Shown here one piece after another: positions 38,761 to 48,244 of a DNA stretch of 64,000 nucleotides. The notes below the pieces were generated by a model. That model had not been told where the DNA came from. It saw only the letters and a list, made by a program, of their open reading frames with translations, and searched no databases. Location of the stretch: positions 902 to 64,901 of the forward strand of contig DASXKH010000015.1 in the NCBI GenBank assembly GCA_036496915.1, in the 5' to 3' direction. The stretch's first letter is position 1. Every line of letters starts with the position of its first letter. The stretch is from Solirubrobacteraceae bacterium (GTDB taxonomy: Bacteria > Actinomycetota > Thermoleophilia > Solirubrobacterales > Solirubrobacteraceae). The position numbers and the translations under genes were made by a program.

Positions 38761-39765
38761 CTAGCCGAACTTTCCGGTGACATATTCCTCAGTCCTCGGG
38801 TCCGATGGGGTGGTGAAGATCTCGTCGGTCGGGCCGACCTCGACGAGCCGCCCGTCGAGCAGGAAGGCGGTACGGTCGGCCACGCGCGCGGCCTGCTGCA
38901 TGTTGTGGGTCACGATCACGATCGTCACACGCGCCTTGAGCTGGTCGATCAGCTCCTCGATCTTGAGCGTCGCGATCGGGTCGAGCGCCGAGCAGGGCTC
39001 GTCCATCAGGATCACCTCGGGGTCGACCGCGAGCGAGCGGGCGATGCACAGCCGCTGCTGCTGTCCGCCGGAGAGGCCCGCGCCGGGCTCGTGCAGCCTG
39101 TCCTTGACCTCCTCCCACAGCCCGGCGCCGCGCAGCGCCGCTTCGACCTTCGGCTGCTGGACGGCCTTCGAGCGCGAGCGCCGTCCGTGCGCGGTCAGGC
39201 GCAGGCCGGCGGCGACGTTGTCGAACACGGACATCGTCGGGAACGGGTTGGGCTTCTGGAAGACCATCCCGATCGCGCGGCGCACGGCGACGACGTCGAC
39301 CGAGGGGTCGTAGACGTCGAAGTCATCCAGCAGCACCTTGCCCTGCGCGCGGGCGCCCGGGATCTCCTCGTGCATGCGGTTGATGCAGCGCACCATCGTC
39401 GACTTGCCACAGCCCGAGGGCCCGATGATCGCCGTCACCTCGTTGGCGCGGAACTCAAGGTCCACGCCCTTGACCTGTTCGGCCTGACCGTAGAACGCGC
39501 GCAAGCCCCGCAGGCGCACGGCCAGCCCGGGCTTGCTCAGCGCGACGGGCCTGCTCGCGGCGGAAACCTCTGGGCGCGCGGGCTCGGGCGCGCGGGCTTG
39601 GCTTGGCTCAGCGAGCTCGTCGGGATCCATCGTGGCGGTCCTCGGGGTTTGAGTTGGCGTTTGGGTTTGAGTTTCGGCTGGGGTCGGGACGTCGGTGGTG
39701 TGAAGCGCGGTGGCGAGACCGTCGGTGCAGAGGCCGTCGTTGGTGTTGGGGGGAGATGCGGTCAT
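38761..39765 (-). CDS. pstB: Phosphate ABC transporter ATP-binding subunit (long N-terminal extension)
   Basis: [52 protein letters not shown] overlap with pstA. Confidence 0.96.
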   Translation of the reverse strand: MTASPPNTNDGLCTDGLATALHTTDVPTPAETQTQTPTQTPRTATMDPDELAEPSQARAPEPARPEVSAASRPVALSKPGLAVRLRGLRAFYGQAEQVKGVDLEFRANEVTAIIGPSGCGKSTMVRCINRMHEEIPGARAQGKVLLDDFDVYDPSVDVVAVRRAIGMVFQKPNPFPTMSVFDNVAAGLRLTAHGRRSRSKAVQQPKVEAALRGAGLWEEVKDRLHEPGAGLSGGQQQRLCIARSLAVDPEVILMDEPCSALDPIATLKIEELIDQLKARVTIVIVTHNMQQAARVADRTAFLLDGRLVEVGPTDEIFTTPSDPRTEEYVTGKFG

Positions 39766-40661
39766 ACAAGGCGACTCCTTCGCGCGACGAGTCGGGCTAT
39801 CAGGTTGAGTATGAGGATCATCGTGACCAGTGCGAGCGCGGCCCCCCACGCACGGTCTACCACGGCCGTAGTGGGAGATGTGACGTCGTTGTAGATTTGC
39901 ACGGGCAGCGAGTTCATGAAGCCCCCCAGGTCGGTGGTCGTCTTGTTCGTCGCGCCGGCCGTGAACAGCAGCGGCGCCGTCTCACCGGCGGCACGGGCGA
40001 TCGCGAGCAGCACGCCGGTCACCATCCCGGGCAGCGCGGTCGGCAGCACGACGCTGCCGATCACCCGCCAGCGGGGCGCGCCGAGCGCGAGCGCCGATTC
40101 GCGCAGGGCGCCCGGGACGAGCAGCAGCACGACCTCCGCGGCTCGGATCACGACCGGCAGCATCAGCAGCGCCAGCGCGATCGAGCCCTTGTAACCGGCA
40201 TAGGAGCTGCCGGTGCCGATGATCAGCGCGATGTAGACGAACAGGCCGAAGATGATCGAGGGCACGCCCGTGAGCACGTCGACGAAGAAGCGCACGGTGT
40301 TCGCGAACCAGCCGCTGCGCCCGTACTCGACGAGCCACACGGCCACGCCGATGCCGAGCGGGATCGCGATCACCGAGGCGAGCGCGACGATCTCGATCGT
40401 GCCGAGGATCGCGCTCTGCACGCCGCCGATGTCGGAGTTCTTGAAGAACGTGTTGCCGGTCGGGTCGGACGTGAAGAAGCTCCAGCTCCACGAGGACAGG
40501 CCCTTGCTGAGCAGGTACCAGACGATCAGCAGCAGCGGGATCAGCGCGAGGATCGTGCCGGCGAGGACTCCGCCGCGGGCGATGCGATCGCGGCGCTTGC
40601 GCGCGGGCGTGAGCGCGTAGCGGTCCAGGCGCCGGGCCGGCGTGGCGGGCGGCGGCGTCAC
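39762..40661 (-). CDS. pstA: Phosphate ABC transporter permease
   Basis: [36 protein letters not shown] overlap. Confidence 0.95.
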   Translation of the reverse strand: MTPPPATPARRLDRYALTPARKRRDRIARGGVLAGTILALIPLLLIVWYLLSKGLSSWSWSFFTSDPTGNTFFKNSDIGGVQSAILGTIEIVALASVIAIPLGIGVAVWLVEYGRSGWFANTVRFFVDVLTGVPSIIFGLFVYIALIIGTGSSYAGYKGSIALALLMLPVVIRAAEVVLLLVPGALRESALALGAPRWRVIGSVVLPTALPGMVTGVLLAIARAAGETAPLLFTAGATNKTTTDLGGFMNSLPVQIYNDVTSPTTAVVDRAWGAALALVTMILILNLIARLVARRSRLV

Positions 40662-41689
40662 AGTCCGGCCGCTCCGGCGACCGTCGGTGGGACGCCCTCG
40701 GCGCGCTCGCGGACGGTGGTGCGCTTGGGCGCGCGGGAGCGCTCCGCGCGCATCACGATCAGGCGGGCGATCACGTTGACGATCAGGGTCAGCACGAACA
40801 GCAACAGGCCGGCGGCGAACAGAGCCGAGCGGTGCAGTCCCTGCGCCTCGCCGAACTCGTTGGCGATCACGGCGGCCAGCGAGTAGCCCTGACCGAACAG
40901 GTGCTGGGGCATCTGCGGCGCGTCGCCGATCATGATCGTCACCGCGATCGTCTCGCCGATCGCGCGGCCGAGCCCGAGCATCGCGCCGCCGATGATGCCG
41001 CCGCGGCAGTAGGGCAGCACGGCCAGGCGGATCATCTCCCAGCGCGTGGCGCCGAGGCCGAGCGCGGCCTCCTTGTGGTCGGAGGGGACGGTGGCCATTA
41101 CCTCGCGGGAGATGGCGCTGACGATCGGCAGGATCATGATCGCGAGGATCAGCCCGGCGACGAAGATGTTGGGGATCGTGACCACGCCCCCGCCGATGAA
41201 CGGGACGAAGGAGAAGGTGTCGGCGATCCACTGCTCGACCGGCACGAGCTTGGGCGCGAGGAAGAAGATGCCCCACAGCCCGTACACAACTGAGGGCACG
41301 GCCGCGAGCAGCTCGATCAGGACGGTGACGGGCGCCCGCACCCGCCCGGGGCAGAGCTCTGTGATGTAGATCGCGGTGGCGACCGCGACCGGCACGCCGA
41401 TCAGCAGCGCCAACCCCGACGTGATCAGCGTTCCGAGCACCAGCGGCAGCGCGCCGAACTGTTCGGCGGAGACGTTCCAGTCGTTGTCGAAGGTGAAGCC
41501 GAGAACGCCGAACTTGGCGAACGCCGGCTGCGCTTCGCCGGCGAGGCGGAAGAAGAAGTAGACGATCAGCGCCAGGATCAGCGCCGCGAGCGCGGTCAGG
41601 CCGTAGCGCAGCGCGCGATCGGGAAAGCGCGCGAGCGGTGAGCGCGAGAGAACGCTGCGGTCACCGCTCGGGATCGATGCGGCCTCCAA
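40658..41689 (-). CDS. pstC: Phosphate ABC transporter permease
   Basis: ELLAAVPSVVYGLWG, EAALGLGATRWE, GRAIGETIAV. Confidence 0.95.
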   Translation of the reverse strand: MEAASIPSGDRSVLSRSPLARFPDRALRYGLTALAALILALIVYFFFRLAGEAQPAFAKFGVLGFTFDNDWNVSAEQFGALPLVLGTLITSGLALLIGVPVAVATAIYITELCPGRVRAPVTVLIELLAAVPSVVYGLWGIFFLAPKLVPVEQWIADTFSFVPFIGGGVVTIPNIFVAGLILAIMILPIVSAISREVMATVPSDHKEAALGLGATRWEMIRLAVLPYCRGGIIGGAMLGLGRAIGETIAVTIMIGDAPQMPQHLFGQGYSLAAVIANEFGEAQGLHRSALFAAGLLLFVLTLIVNVIARLIVMRAERSRAPKRTTVRERAEGVPPTVAGAAGL

Positions 41690-41714
41690 TGCGCTTCCTA
41701 GTTCCCAGCGACCG

Positions 41715-41786
41715 CCGGATGACGCTCAGCCGACAACATCAGCTTCATTTTCACCACTGCCTCCATTGTCGTCTAAGCGTATCCGG
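41715..41786 (-). other. Long bulged stem-loop between pstS and pstC
   Basis: Minus strand CCGGAT/ATCCGG, ACGCTTAG/CTGAGCGT and CGACAA/TTGTCG pairings enclose a 29-nt loop. Confidence 0.65.
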
Positions 41787-41812
41787 GGTCCTGGGTGCGT
41801 GACTGTCGCGGA

Positions 41813-42907
41813 TCAGCCGCTGAGCGGCGAGCCGTTGCATTCCAGTTTCGTGACGGCTTCCTTGGACTTCGCCAGGATCGAGGACGGCAGCGCCGCGTAG
41901 TCGGCCTGAGCGAGCACGGACTGGCCCTGTGAGCCCAGACCGTAGTTCAGGAACTGCACGACGCCCTTGGCGGCCGCTTCGCCGCCGGGGATGCCGGCCT
42001 TGCACATGTCCTTGTAGACGACCACGAACGTCTGCGAGGTGATCGGGTAGGCCTGCGCGCCGACGGGGTTTGAGATCTTGATCCCGAGGTTCGCCGGCAC
42101 GACCACCACCGAGGCGGCTGCGCTGGTCGAGGCCAGGCTCGGCGCGACGAAGTTGCCGGCTTTGTTCTTCACCGATGCGTAGGTGAAGTTGTGCTGCAGC
42201 GCATAGGCCTGCTCGACGTAGCCGATGGCGCCCGTGGTCTGCTGCACCGCTCCGGCGACGCCGGCGTTGCCCTTGGCGCCCGTGCCGGTCGGCCACTGCA
42301 CGTCCTTGCCTTCGCCGACCTTGCTCTTGAATTCCGGTGCGACCGCCGACAGGAAGCCGGTGAAGCCGGCCGTCGTGCCGGATGAGTCCGAGCGGTGAAT
42401 GACCGTGATCGGGGTGCTCGGCAGCGAGACGCCAGGGTTCAGCGCCTTGATCGCGGCGTCGTTCCAGGTTTTGATCTTGCCCAGGTAGATGTCGGCGATC
42501 GTCGTGCCTTCGAGCTTCAGGCCGGTCTGCACGCCGGGGAGGTTGTAGGAGACGGTGATCGCGCCCAGGAACATCGGGATCTGCTGGACGGGGCCGACCT
42601 TTTCAAGCGACGCGAAGTCGGCAGGCTTCAGCGGTGGGTCCGAGGCGCCGAAGTCGACGGTCTTGGCCGCGAGCGAGGTGATTCCCGCCCCCGAGCCGAC
42701 CGCCTGGTAGTTGACCGTTAGGGGCGAGAGCGACGACGCCCACTGCTGGTAGACCGGTGCCGCGAACGTCGAGCCGGCGCCGGAGATCGTGCCCCCGGTG
42801 CTGCTCGATGACGACGAGCTTGAGCTTGAGGAGCTGGAGCCGCAGGCACCGAGGCCGAGCGCCAGCGCCGCGACGCCTGCGAGCGCGCCAATCTTGTTAT
42901 GGATCAC
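41813..42907 (-). CDS. pstS: Phosphate-binding lipoprotein
   Basis: Lipobox LGAC, Ser linker, GAGSTF, GSGAG, FGASD, HRSDSSGTT, AYPI. Confidence 0.96.
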   Translation of the reverse strand: MIHNKIGALAGVAALALGLGACGSSSSSSSSSSSSSTGGTISGAGSTFAAPVYQQWASSLSPLTVNYQAVGSGAGITSLAAKTVDFGASDPPLKPADFASLEKVGPVQQIPMFLGAITVSYNLPGVQTGLKLEGTTIADIYLGKIKTWNDAAIKALNPGVSLPSTPITVIHRSDSSGTTAGFTGFLSAVAPEFKSKVGEGKDVQWPTGTGAKGNAGVAGAVQQTTGAIGYVEQAYALQHNFTYASVKNKAGNFVAPSLASTSAAASVVVVPANLGIKISNPVGAQAYPITSQTFVVVYKDMCKAGIPGGEAAAKGVVQFLNYGLGSQGQSVLAQADYAALPSSILAKSKEAVTKLECNGSPLSG

Positions 42908-43011
42908 TGAGAGTCTCTCCCTCTACTGGGTTATGTGGTGCCGGTCGCCACGCCGCGAGCGTTTGCACGCAAGCGGAGTTCCCTGCCGGCCGATGTTGGC
43001 TTGCGTAAGTC

Positions 43012-43467
43012 TCACGAATCCCCCACGGCACCGATGTGAACATTTCGTAAAAGCGCGCCGGTGGGCTCTTCGGTGGCCTCGGAAACGTCCACCGTCTCGC
43101 TCGCGGCGCCGCCCCCGCTGCCGGCCTCGCGCGCGGGCTGAGGCTGGAAGCGGTAGCCGAAGCCCGGATGGGTGTGGATGAAGCGACGGTCGGGCATCGC
43201 CGTCTCGAGCTTGCCCCGCAGCTTGCTCACGTAGACGTCGACCGAGCGGTCGCCGGGTCGCAGCTCACCGCCCCAGACCTCGGCGTAGAGCGCCTCGCGC
43301 GTGACGATCGCGCCGGCGTGCCGGGCCATCGCCGCGAGCAGTTCGAACTCGCGCACCGACAGCGTCAGCGCCCGTCCCGTGGCCAGCACGAGACCCTCGC
43401 CGAGCCGGATCTCCAGTTCGCCGGCGTAGAGGGTGCTCGTGTTCTCAGCAGCGGCCGCCACGGGCAC
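43012..43467 (-). CDS. Winged-helix (OmpR/PhoB DNA-binding domain)-only protein
   Basis: LSVREFELL, RSVDVYVSKLRGKL, HTHPGFGYRF. No receiver domain fits before the divergent DUF47 promoter. Confidence 0.85.
   Translation of the reverse strand: MPVAAAAENTSTLYAGELEIRLGEGLVLATGRALTLSVREFELLAAMARHAGAIVTREALYAEVWGGELRPGDRSVDVYVSKLRGKLETAMPDRRFIHTHPGFGYRFQPQPAREAGSGGGAASETVDVSEATEEPTGALLRNVHIGAVGDS
43036..43051 (-). promoter_or_regulatory. PHO-box-like repeat upstream of pstS
   Basis: Minus strand TTTACGAAATGTTCAC; TTTAC and TTCAC are 11 bp apart. Confidence 0.45.
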
Positions 43468-43503
43468 ATAGCCTTGCCTGGACCGTCTCGGGGCGGGTTG
43501 CGA

Positions 43504-43536
43504 AGTCGTGATCGAGTCGTGAAGAACTCGTGAAGA
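43504..43536. promoter_or_regulatory. Three 11-bp direct repeats (PHO-box-like) in the wHTH/DUF47 divergent promoter
   Basis: AGTCGTGATCG AGTCGTGAAGA ACTCGTGAAGA (TTCACGA on the minus strand); CATAAT -10 box at 43561. Confidence 0.65.
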
Positions 43537-43574
43537 GAGCCCGCCGCCTCGGTGGAGGTCCATAATCTCCGCGG

Positions 43575-44204
43575 ATGAGCCTGTTCACACGCCCGATCGA
43601 CACGACCCTGGCGGCCCTGCTGGAGGACGCGGGGCGCAACGTCGAGCGCTCGGCGCTGCTGCTGCGCGAGCTGCTGCGCGCCTTCCCCGAGCACGCCTCG
43701 GTGGCGCAGGAGCTGGGCGCGTGCGAGCAGGAGGGCGACCGCATCACCCACGACATCATCCACCGCATGGGCGGCGGGCGGCGGGTGCGCGCGCCGTTCG
43801 ACGCGGGCGACGGCTACGCGCTGGCGACGGCGATCGACGACGTCGTCGACTACACCGAGCAGGCGGCGGCGCAGCTGGACCTGTACGGGGTCGAAGCGCC
43901 GATGGAGCAGGCGGTGGAGTTCGCCGACGTGCTCGTCGCGGCCGGCGCGGAGATCCTGGGGGCGCTGCGCTGCCTGCACAGCGGCGGCGAGCTCGGCCCG
44001 CACCTGGTGGAGATCCACCGCCTGGAGAACGAGGGCGACCGGCTCCAGCGCGATGCCGTGACCTCGCTGTTCGCGGGCGGCATCGACCCGATGGTGGTGA
44101 TCCGCTGGAAGGACATCTTCGAGTCGCTGGAGGCGGCGGTGGACGCTTGCGAGACGGTCGCGCACGTGCTCGAGGGGATCACCTTGAAGCGCAGACGGCG
44201 CTGA
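43575..44204 (+). CDS. DUF47 family (PhoU-like) phosphate transport regulator
   Basis: EQEGDRITHDI, LATAIDDVVD, IHRLENEGD, WKDIFESLEAAVDACE. Confidence 0.92.
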   Translation: MSLFTRPIDTTLAALLEDAGRNVERSALLLRELLRAFPEHASVAQELGACEQEGDRITHDIIHRMGGGRRVRAPFDAGDGYALATAIDDVVDYTEQAAAQLDLYGVEAPMEQAVEFADVLVAAGAEILGALRCLHSGGELGPHLVEIHRLENEGDRLQRDAVTSLFAGGIDPMVVIRWKDIFESLEAAVDACETVAHVLEGITLKRRRR

Positions 44205-44223
44205 GGAAAGCTGATGTTGTGTG

Positions 44224-44247
44224 GCCCAGGCCGCATGCGGCCTGGGC
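44224..44247. repeat. Solo 24-bp perfect palindrome centred on GCATGC
   Basis: GCCCAGGCCGCATGCGGCCTGGGC, between convergent genes; same length and core as the 5379-5472 array. Confidence 0.9.
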
Positions 44248-44254
44248 ACAGCAA

Positions 44255-44989
44255 TCACCCGAAGGTAGTCGCCGGAGCGCTCGCTTCCAGCCGGGCCCCG
44301 CTCGGGTCGCCCTGCAGGAACGCCTGAAACGGCAGCGACGCGCCCGCGCCGACTTCCGGCAGCACCGCTCTACCCGCCGCGACCACCTGTCCGGAGCGGC
44401 GCGCGAGCACGTACACGACGAGGTTCTGCTGGATCAAGCTCGACCCGTTGCGCACCGTGCCCGCTGCGCCGGTCGTGCCGCCTTCTTCGCTCGCGTGCAC
44501 TGCGCTGACTTCGATCCGCGGCAGGGCTCCATTCACGCTGGGTGCTTCGCCCACGATCGCGCTGACGCTCGCCGGCGTGCCCGACGCGAGGATCTGATCG
44601 TCGATCCACGTCTGCGTGCCATGCGCCGCCAGCGAGCCCAGCGAGGTCAGCGCCGGTTCCAGGCCCGCAGTGTTGTTCTGGAAGAGAATCGCCCCATGCG
44701 CGTCCTTGACCGTGAGCGCGACCGGGACCGCCCGCAGCGCCCGCGTGGAGGTGTTGCGCAGGGTGATCACGGCTGCGGCGCCTTCGTGGCCGTGCACGAT
44801 CGTCGCGCTCAGCACGCGCACGTCGCCGCTCGGCTTGGCGATCGTCAGGCCTTTTTCGGCCAGGCGCGTGTGATGGGCGGCCTTTTCGAGCTTCGCGCTT
44901 TTCTCGGCCGTCGTCTCGCACGCGCTGAGCGAGACCGCGAGCGCGGCCGCCGTCAACGCCGGCGCGAGCACCCTCGCGAGCGCTCTCAC
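44255..44989 (-). CDS. Lipoprotein with two FxLYD-like Ig domains
   Basis: Lipobox LSAC; TLRNT...TVKDAHG and GTVRNG...GQVVAAG...GASLPF beta-sandwich patterns. Confidence 0.75.
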   Translation of the reverse strand: MRALARVLAPALTAAALAVSLSACETTAEKSAKLEKAAHHTRLAEKGLTIAKPSGDVRVLSATIVHGHEGAAAVITLRNTSTRALRAVPVALTVKDAHGAILFQNNTAGLEPALTSLGSLAAHGTQTWIDDQILASGTPASVSAIVGEAPSVNGALPRIEVSAVHASEEGGTTGAAGTVRNGSSLIQQNLVVYVLARRSGQVVAAGRAVLPEVGAGASLPFQAFLQGDPSGARLEASAPATTFG

Positions 44990-45054
44990 CTGCCCTGCAC
45001 GTCTGTGCACGGCCGGCGAACACGGCACGAGGGGGAGTGGGGCGGCGGGCTCAT
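44986..45054 (-). CDS. 22-aa mini-ORF bridging pstB2 and the lipoprotein gene
   Basis: ATGA overlap with the pstB2 stop and GTGA overlap with the lipoprotein start; MSPPPHSPSCRVRRPCTDVQGR. Confidence 0.4.
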   Translation of the reverse strand: MSPPPHSPSCRVRRPCTDVQGR

Positions 45055-46079
45055 CCGAACGCCCCGCCGACGTAATCGCGCGTGCGCTGGTTGCGCGGCG
45101 CGCCGAAGATCTGCGCGCTCGGGCCGTACTCGACGAGCTCGCCCAGGTGCATGAACGCGACGTGATCGGCCACGCGCATCGCCTGCTGCAGGTTGTGCGT
45201 CACGATCACGATCGCCACGTCCGAGCGCAGCTCCACGATCAGCCGCTCGATCGTCGCCGTCGAGATCGGGTCCAGGGCCGAGCACGGCTCGTCGAGTAGC
45301 AGCACCTCCGGCCTGACCGCCAGCCCGCGCGCGATGCACAGCCGCTGCTGCTGGCCGCCCGACAGGCGCAGCGCGGGATGGTCGAGGTCGCCCGCCACCT
45401 CCTCGTACAGCCCCGCCCGCCGCAGCGCCGCGACCACCTCCGGCTCCAGCTCGCGGCGCGAGCGGCGCCTGCGGCGCCGTCCCGGGGCGTGCTCCTCGCG
45501 CAGTGCATAGGCGACATTCTCATAGATGCTCATCGGGAACGGGTTCGGCTGCTGAAAGACCATCGAGATGCGCCGCCGCAGCGCGTTGACCTCCATCGTC
45601 TCGACCTCCTCACCGTCCAGCGCGATCCGTCCCGCGCGCGTCGCGCCGTCGGTGATCTCCGTCAAGCGGTTCAGCGAGCGCAGCAGCGTCGTCTTGCCCG
45701 AGCCCGACGCGCCGATCAGCGCCAGCACCTCGCCCTGGCGCACCGGCAGGCTCACGTCGCGCACGACCCAGCGATCGCCGTACGCGAGCCACACGCCTTC
45801 GATCGACATCCGCTCGATTGTCGCGCCGGTCGGAGCCAAGGCATTCGCGGGGGTGCCGGGGATCGCCGCGACCGCGGCCGCGTGGCCGTTCTGGGCGAGC
45901 GTCCCGGTCGCCGGGGCGCCCGCGAGGCCAGGGCCGCCCGTTTGCCCCGGGCTGTCAGCCGCGAGTCCTGTCGCCGGGTCCGGCGGAGCGCCCGCGGGCG
46001 TGAGCGGACGCGGTTCGACGATCGTGGGGGCGCCGCCTCCGGCGATCCGGCGCGCGCGGGGCGGTTGCGTGGGACTCAT
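45051..46079 (-). CDS. pstB: Second phosphate ABC ATP-binding subunit
   Basis: [47 protein letters not shown]. Confidence 0.93.
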   Translation of the reverse strand: MSPTQPPRARRIAGGGAPTIVEPRPLTPAGAPPDPATGLAADSPGQTGGPGLAGAPATGTLAQNGHAAAVAAIPGTPANALAPTGATIERMSIEGVWLAYGDRWVVRDVSLPVRQGEVLALIGASGSGKTTLLRSLNRLTEITDGATRAGRIALDGEEVETMEVNALRRRISMVFQQPNPFPMSIYENVAYALREEHAPGRRRRRRSRRELEPEVVAALRRAGLYEEVAGDLDHPALRLSGGQQQRLCIARGLAVRPEVLLLDEPCSALDPISTATIERLIVELRSDVAIVIVTHNLQQAMRVADHVAFMHLGELVEYGPSAQIFGAPRNQRTRDYVGGAFG

Positions 46080-47122
46080 GCCTCGTCCTCGTTCGTGTTC
46101 TTCCAGAACGGCAGCCACGACCACGCCATCATCCGCTCGAACATGCCGCGGCGCTCGTGCGTGATGCGCGTCACCAGCGCGTTCAGCGCGATCACCATCA
46201 GCAGCAGCACGAACGCCGCCGCGTACGCCTTCTGCGCCTGGTTGCCTTCGCCCGCGGGGGAGAAATATTTGACGTAGCTCGTCAACGTGCCGCCGGTCCC
46301 GCGCAGCGTCGAGAGGCCCGGAGCCCCGCCCGCCCCTTCCAGGTGCAGCGTCGCCCCGAGCAGGATCACCACGATCGCCGTATCGCCGATGATCCGCCCC
46401 AGCCCCAAGGTCACCCCGCCCGCGATGCTGCGCCGGATCGAGGGCAGCAGCACCTTGCGGATCGTCGTGATCTTCGCCTTGCCCAGGGCGTAGGAGGCCT
46501 CGCGCACGTGACCGGGCACCTGCGCCAGCCCCTCGCGCGTGGCACCCACGACCAGCGGCAGCGCCAGCAGCGACATCATCGCGCCGGCCGTCAAGAACGA
46601 GCGCCCGAACACCGACCCCCCGGCCGAGGTCTGCGACAGGAACGCCAGGAACGGGCGCGAGAACATCAGCAGGCCGAAGATCGCCAGCACCACGCTCGGC
46701 GCGCCCGCGATCATCTCGATGCCCGATTCGACCGCCCGCGCCAGCGCCGCCGGCCGTCCGTACTCGCCCAGCCACACCGCCACCGCCACCCCCAGCGGCG
46801 CCGCGATCAGGATCCCGAGCGCCCCCAGCAGCAGCGTGCCGAGGATCGGATCCAGGAAGCCGCCCGAGGTCGCCTGCGTCGCGCCGACGCCCGGTGATGT
46901 GAACAGCAGGCTCGGGCGCACATAGGCGATGCCCTTCACCAACATGAACACCACGATCGCCCCCGCCGCCACGCACAACCCGATCCCGACCGCCCAGCAC
47001 AGCACGTAGGCGGCGCGGTCGATCAGCGGCCAGCTGCCCACCGAGTCGCGCGGGCGCTCGCGCCGCAGCGCGCTCGCGGGGGGCCCCGCCAGGGCCTCAG
47101 GTGTCGCCGCGGACGCGCTCAT
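46076..47122 (-). CDS. pstA: Second phosphate ABC permease
   Basis: AGAPSVVLAIFG, REASYALG, GRIIGDTA. ATGA overlaps at both ends. Confidence 0.9.
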   Translation of the reverse strand: MSASAATPEALAGPPASALRRERPRDSVGSWPLIDRAAYVLCWAVGIGLCVAAGAIVVFMLVKGIAYVRPSLLFTSPGVGATQATSGGFLDPILGTLLLGALGILIAAPLGVAVAVWLGEYGRPAALARAVESGIEMIAGAPSVVLAIFGLLMFSRPFLAFLSQTSAGGSVFGRSFLTAGAMMSLLALPLVVGATREGLAQVPGHVREASYALGKAKITTIRKVLLPSIRRSIAGGVTLGLGRIIGDTAIVVILLGATLHLEGAGGAPGLSTLRGTGGTLTSYVKYFSPAGEGNQAQKAYAAAFVLLLMVIALNALVTRITHERRGMFERMMAWSWLPFWKNTNEDEA

Positions 47123-48117
47123 GTCCTTATTCCGTACTTCTTCATCGGCTGCTTCACGGCCCACGCGGCCAGCGAGAGGAACGCGCAGGAAACCAGCAGC
47201 ACCGCCGCCATCGCATACAGCGTCTGTTCGAGCGGCACCACCGAGATGCCGTCGATGTAGGCGATCAGCGTCGCCGCCAGCGGGCGCACGGGCTCGAACA
47301 GGAACGTGACCCCGTCCAGCGGGTTGACCGCATACGCGCGCGAGCCTGCGACCATCGAGAGCATGATCGCCTCGCCCAGCGCGCGCCCGGTCGCGAGCAC
47401 CGTCGCGGCGAGGATCGCCGGGCGCACCGTGCGCAGCGACACGCGCCACATCGTGCGCCAGCGGTTCACGCCCAGCGCCGCCGAGCCCTCCGTCCACGAG
47501 CGCGGCACCGTCTCCAGCGCCGCCACGATGATCGCCACCATGATCGGCACGATCATCAGCGCCAGGATCACCACCGCCGTCGTGAGGTTAGTGCCCGTCA
47601 GCTGCACGATGTACTGCACCGAGTGCTTGCGCTGCTGGGAAATGTAGCCCTGAATCCAGGGCGCCACCACGAGGATCCCGATCAGCCCGTAGATCACCGA
47701 CGGCACGGCCGCCAGCAGCTGGATCACCGGGTCGATCGTGCGCCTCACCGGGGCGGGCGCCAGCTCGACGACGTACACTGCCGCCAGCACCGACACGCCG
47801 AGCGCCACGATCACCGCCAGCCCGGTCGTCACGATCGTGTCCCAGATCAAAGGCCACGCGCGGATGTGGTAGTCGTAGTGCGCCGGGTCGGTCGGCCCGG
47901 TGATGATCGCTTTCAGCTGCTGATCGACATCGCCGCCGGGAAAGAACCACTTGATCCCGTTATGCGCGAACGACGGCCACGCCTTCAGGAAGACGGTCAC
48001 CAGCATCAGCGCGATCAGCGCCAGCACGCCGACGGACAGCGAGCCGAGCATCAGCTCGGCTCGCCCATCGGGCGTTCCACGCGGTCGTCGATGCGTCCAC
48101 ATGGAGGATTTCCTCAC
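47119..48117 (-). CDS. pstC: Second phosphate ABC permease
   Basis: LLAAVPSVIYGLIG, EGSAALGVNRW, GRALGEAIM. Start uncertain. Confidence 0.9.
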   Translation of the reverse strand: MRKSSMWTHRRPRGTPDGRAELMLGSLSVGVLALIALMLVTVFLKAWPSFAHNGIKWFFPGGDVDQQLKAIITGPTDPAHYDYHIRAWPLIWDTIVTTGLAVIVALGVSVLAAVYVVELAPAPVRRTIDPVIQLLAAVPSVIYGLIGILVVAPWIQGYISQQRKHSVQYIVQLTGTNLTTAVVILALMIVPIMVAIIVAALETVPRSWTEGSAALGVNRWRTMWRVSLRTVRPAILAATVLATGRALGEAIMLSMVAGSRAYAVNPLDGVTFLFEPVRPLAATLIAYIDGISVVPLEQTLYAMAAVLLVSCAFLSLAAWAVKQPMKKYGIRT

Positions 48118-48194
48118 GACATTTCCACTTCAGCTAAAAAGCCGTTTCCTGCGCAAGCATTGCCCATCGCCGCTCAGGACTCCTCCCGAGCCGG

Positions 48195-48220
48195 GCGCCG
48201 GGCGGTCGTGCGCCCGGCGC
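48195..48220 (-). other. Hairpin after pstS2
   Basis: GCGCCGGGCG-GTCGTG-CGCCCGGCGC. Confidence 0.6.
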
Positions 48221-48244
48221 GCTGTGAACGGGTTGCGTCTGCGC

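Noticed and set aside
41715-41786. Fluoride riboswitch or SRP RNA match (GCTGATG, GAAA loop)
   Set aside because: Only short partial similarity; the 5' GGNGATGG/pseudoknot pattern and SRP helix-8 residues are absent, and the gene context does not fit.
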